DNA of 58,579 nucleotides from Patescibacteria group bacterium. Lineage in GTDB: Bacteria > Patescibacteriota > Patescibacteriia > 2-12-FULL-57-11. The stretch spans positions 1 through 58,579 of the forward strand of contig SCSU01000061.1 in NCBI GenBank assembly GCA_004299275.1, read 5' to 3'. The notes beneath the pieces were generated by a model. That model was not told the origin of the DNA. It worked only from the letters and a program-made list of their open reading frames with translations, and ran no database searches. Made by a program: the position numbers and the translations under genes. Shown here one piece after another: positions 56,901 to 58,579 of the stretch; position 1 is the stretch's first letter; each line of letters starts with the position of its first letter.

Positions 56901-58579
56901 TTTCCGGCTTTGATTACTCCGGCTACAGCGTGCCGCACCAGTTCCCGGCGAGTGTCCTCTCTCAGGCCAAAATCGGCAGCCGCTGCGCGGTGCCCCAAGG
57001 CGTCTCCTGCGACCCCAAGGTGAACTCTAACGCCGCCCAAAACGGCAAGGCCGACTGCTCGTGTCAGTCGTCGTTTGACTGTCCTTCGACTCTCGGGCCG
57101 GACAAAAAACCAACGGTCAACCGCTACTCCTGCGACCCGGTTTATTCGCTGGGCAATGACCTCGGCGCCTGTCCGTTTGTCCCGCAGAATCCCGATGTCG
57201 GAAAAGACGGCGACACCTGTCTTGTCGGCGGCGGCGAGGTTGCCTATTGCCAAAATCCCGCCCAGCAGAATTGCTGTCGTAACGGGATTGTGGAAGGGAT
57301 TGAGGGCTGTGACGACGGTAACAGTATTTCCGGCGACGGCTGCAGCGCCGGTTGCGGACTGGAGGGCAAGTGTTTTGGCCGGCGGTGTTATCAGTCAGCT
57401 TTCGGCAAAACCGACCCGGTAGCGCTGGATGGGCCGCAGGCGCTCGAGCCCGTCGGTTCGGAGAATATCGGCAAAAATACGCTGGAATTTTCCTGTCGCG
57501 CCTACCCCGAGGCGAGCTCGCCCGTGCCCGGTGACGTCGTCTTGGCGCGCAACACCGACACCGGCGCGCCGGAGTCGGTCAAACAGGGCTTCCAAGGCGC
57601 GGCCATTTGCGAAGAGGGGGAGAACTGCGAATGCAATTATCAAAAAGCCAAATACAGCGGCGGCGAGCTCAAGTATTTCGGCTCCAGCGCGCCGCTCGCC
57701 AATACCGGCCGCTGCTCCGGCGGGCCGTTTGACGGCGCGGCTTGCGACCCGCTCCAGAACCGCTTTAAGGAGCGCAACGCGGTGAAAAATGTTTTGACCT
57801 GCAACGCCGCGCAAGTGGCGGCCGGCGGCGCGACCGAGGGCGACTGCCAGCCGGTTCAGCGCGCCGACTTGGTCCGCGGGTTCCAAGGGTTCTGTTTGGA
57901 GCGCGACGAGACGACACCCATCTACGGTCGCGAGCTCGCCGCTGGCGCTCCGAGCCGCGCTTGCCTCACATGGCTCCCGACCGACCGGCTCTCCGGCCAG
58001 CCCGACCTCTTTAACCAATACAAGAGCGCGACCTACGAGCTCCGCGACAGTTACGCCTGCGCCCTGCCGCAGGTCTACCGCGTGATGAAGGCCTCGGGGC
58101 CTTATGCTAAGGACTTTGCTACTGGCAAGGATGTGAATGCCCAGCAGGATATCTGGCTGGGGACAGTGGCTTCGGACGGGGATCAGTTCAACAAAAACGC
58201 GTTTAACCCTTTCCTGTTCTGCCCGCCTTCAACCGGGTTTGTGGTGATGGGCGCCTGCACCAACAATAGCGGTGAGGTTGAAGGAGCCGGTTTGGGGATA
58301 GGACCCCCAATGTTCAATCAAAAACCAGTGCTCAATTATGTTTGCGTGCCGTGGGGTTCGGTGCACCTTGCCGAACGCTCGCGCGGCAAATCTGGAAACG
58401 GTCAATACACGACTGTTCCGAGTCCGCCGGACATCGCCCAAAATTACCTAAAAGAGTGTTCGTTTGCCGACTTCCCGATTTCGGGGCAACCGAGCATCGT
58501 CAACTATCAGGAGCTGGCGCGTTTCCCGCAGGGGATTTGCGCCCAGAATGTCAGTGAACAACAGCTCAGTAATTTGGAC
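50966..58579 (+). CDS. giant secreted cysteine-rich protein, at least 2,538 aa; 3' end outside the window
   Basis: Hand translation finds no stop from 50768 to the window end (not in the track because no stop is present). ATG 50966 gives signal peptide MSPSARRRAALTLVCLFLTAEVGVFGLAAAANA-QG. Two CBM/jelly-roll-like segments and one CCRNGIVEGIEGCDDGNSISGDGCSAGC repeat. Confidence 0.85.
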   Translation, partial: MSPSARRRAALTLVCLFLTAEVGVFGLAAAANAQGGAVTILPSPAAGIGPVFVRTDVGVRDSVRFGLLATLLMSSLNAINYFAQKIAFDYAEQVSEGGPGQKPLFFTEDWKDYLRDVALDSVGEFLGTLNQSGLLPFNVCAPSINIVVPLALGILFDDYRPPKPKCEWKAIQAAYKNLTFNLTTDLSLKATASMFEPGQSELDAAIRAASLARQRIPPVQNPAALARSSGRGFLDLRSPLSRNVLTPAELIRHQTLAETVDEPNRAKDLSWRGSWEVIKAAPENIGLAALNTFITHLVSKLIQKALKGLLFHPPDQPVCNLGIAGCSGGMADQNAGNNPEDLGTARRLNADLITPALQSDARYDILTELATCPDKFRTPNNCAVDTQLAALVGQGPRDGKYFTVKEALDAGYLHGDWPLISNSETHRARNADPYCFASGYCYSNLVKLRKARILPVGWELAAAKSPADPVKLSEVVAKFNDCPTPEDPNPANHPWCKLIDPNWILKVPVTQCRLRGFGATMLDDQGGGRAEICLDQPSCMQEDKNGNCLVGYGYCAREKNIWRIGGRECPSAYASCASFAGRAGESLTVLQSSLDQGVCNAENVGCRAYSTVRDSKDASAWLYSPGRDRVFLNRQVSACEAKDAGCGKVIDKEGLRRNLVLNSSFEEDVAPNAGLFARYWTKAEWGTQWLSDQAMSRSGSHSLAPPDYQKSNDVDVAVKQTVNLDPNATYTVSFYGRQEKTGEKGGLILRLGVLSDAGVVPIADSATNCAANGEWRALFGVPAGVGWERYSCTLVLPPKVFTPPGYAKPVTQTGQLAVNLYRIGDRPLVDDLQIEDGSRATDYHGSAFEGGALVTLKTPPEYLGCSGEAAKDPKDCGRYAQVCRSDEVGCDRFTPLEGGIALTAVVSGNDGCPSECVGYETFRKEETNYDTASYPLYFIPKTAASCGAAANGCSEFTNLDTQAAGGEAREYFTYLRPCERPTAEVPTYYTWEGSDTAGYQLKEWHLKVGAAFPNEPAGTTGVKPPATVPGYNPAFCTKAIYQSGGDPDCREFLDADGKVYYRLYSKTIIITSDCHPYRLTKAPEDTSVKSENACTGGKHWAVGKCLVCEDLGGTWNAAAGECTFYGLRSESNTCSSAENGCRLFTGNAGGNVQTMLTETFEGALSSGWLNTLKANPSTVATSTESTVVGGASLKITGSLAAAYNFVTSTPPALTQGDLYLLNFWAKGANGNFANLSFTNPTTNETVKFLDPAVKQVGLTGNWKAYSFGPVVLTINPKSADAVKGINLSFAAGMPGNSSWYLDNIELKKIGSAVAAIDGSWKTPAICDQSPAGAPLPQYYLGCASYTDRTDATRNLRSFDRLCRSAAVGCRAYLDTRNNDFIGYEYWNALATLPVKATVPTPVKGSYSETVCTVSPEQSSCRYNLKSGNRPALNILGTVVECSRPDKSEGSCSIDGTYICEVKKGETKCAGSPSDLVTVPPDRTVYLVDAEGKRCDASQAGCSEVGAPQGSVCGLLSPCKPSGGAVTCKCEAPVENCGYNAQNQFICSAKNQFVCDVPSGQSSCTYALPQNEPYGKLSYTSKNLILNPELYQTQVCSGPAVGCEEWKSANRNAPGIAYFKTPDGRYCEYREKVQINGAEYSGYFLQGKDSPCDPTYVIGGNYYGLRKTGDANYKGYVGSCSSEFAGCTEFIDHADLTVKQIGNKFVADPARYYYVKDQSIDDASCNGQASPKEGCLLLEDTSKPEISYSAVGTYGDSANKDYRLVPARPGYCGYKIDCANGAPVQNIIGNLGAGWVAPFYNTLEDYLANPQFWPFASKGYQKDILKKEFFYRASFTPKDAKDVCQLIKKLFNADLPFTYAGRGCSVKQDCAGNGLDASADCVAASSEFTPSAPANSVVKVSRDRVCGAWFACKSSSPVFDPRTNRFREVCDQIGLCDQASLAEQKDTSKVDITLCKRWVNDAESRQILSEKLYRERDVSFSGFDYSGYSVPHQFPASVLSQAKIGSRCAVPQGVSCDPKVNSNAAQNGKADCSCQSSFDCPSTLGPDKKPTVNRYSCDPVYSLGNDLGACPFVPQNPDVGKDGDTCLVGGGEVAYCQNPAQQNCCRNGIVEGIEGCDDGNSISGDGCSAGCGLEGKCFGRRCYQSAFGKTDPVALDGPQALEPVGSENIGKNTLEFSCRAYPEASSPVPGDVVLARNTDTGAPESVKQGFQGAAICEEGENCECNYQKAKYSGGELKYFGSSAPLANTGRCSGGPFDGAACDPLQNRFKERNAVKNVLTCNAAQVAAGGATEGDCQPVQRADLVRGFQGFCLERDETTPIYGRELAAGAPSRACLTWLPTDRLSGQPDLFNQYKSATYELRDSYACALPQVYRVMKASGPYAKDFATGKDVNAQQDIWLGTVASDGDQFNKNAFNPFLFCPPSTGFVVMGACTNNSGEVEGAGLGIGPPMFNQKPVLNYVCVPWGSVHLAERSRGKSGNGQYTTVPSPPDIAQNYLKECSFADFPISGQPSIVNYQELARFPQGICAQNVSEQQLSNLD

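Noticed and set aside
55784-57253. 489-aa minus-strand ORF (and other long minus ORFs at 52061-52753, 57395-58018, 53204-53608)
   Set aside because: They are antisense to the uninterrupted giant plus-strand ORF. The products are Arg/Ala/Gly-rich and low-complexity, which is typical of spurious frames in high-GC DNA.

Overview
58.6-kb gene-dense window, mostly about 60% GC by eye. Its content points to a small-genome Patescibacteria/CPR-like bacterium (inference). This rests on the split transketolase, rpiB/rpe, two PfkB kinases, class II aldolase, B12-type RNR, four aaRS genes, FemAB, bactofilin, short YidC, few Shine-Dalgarno sites and a giant secreted protein. Standard code is supported by a canonical prfB CTT-TGA-C frameshift. 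I see four tRNAs, no rRNA and no CRISPR array. Accessory content: (i) a low-GC island next to tRNA-Arg with a DNA methyltransferase and two unknown genes; (ii) a 1.28-kb IS with 48-bp inverted repeats; (iii) a LAGLIDADG endonuclease gene with an in-frame stop that ends inside tRNA-Leu; (iv) a 3'-truncated secreted Cys-rich ORF of at least 2,538 codons. The most unusual signals are small-scale. (a) A conserved 39-45-codon, apparently leaderless upstream ORF has its first codons base-paired over 20 bp to the initiation region of nrdJ and of valS. TATG flanks both ends, and truncated derivatives sit at rsmA, ileS and tkt. (b) Two four-helix-bundle (23S rRNA IVS protein family) genes are each bracketed by inverted arrays of heptanucleotide repeats inside a sugar-metabolism operon, and an apparently cargo-less arm pair lies nearby. 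(c) Heptamer tandem arrays fill many intergenic spacers right up to start codons and are inserted in frame in ileS, valS, rsmA and a four-helix-bundle gene. (d) Several REP-like hairpin families occur, two of them embedded in frame in tsaC. All translations and pairings were done by hand from the sequence. Functional interpretations are hypotheses.
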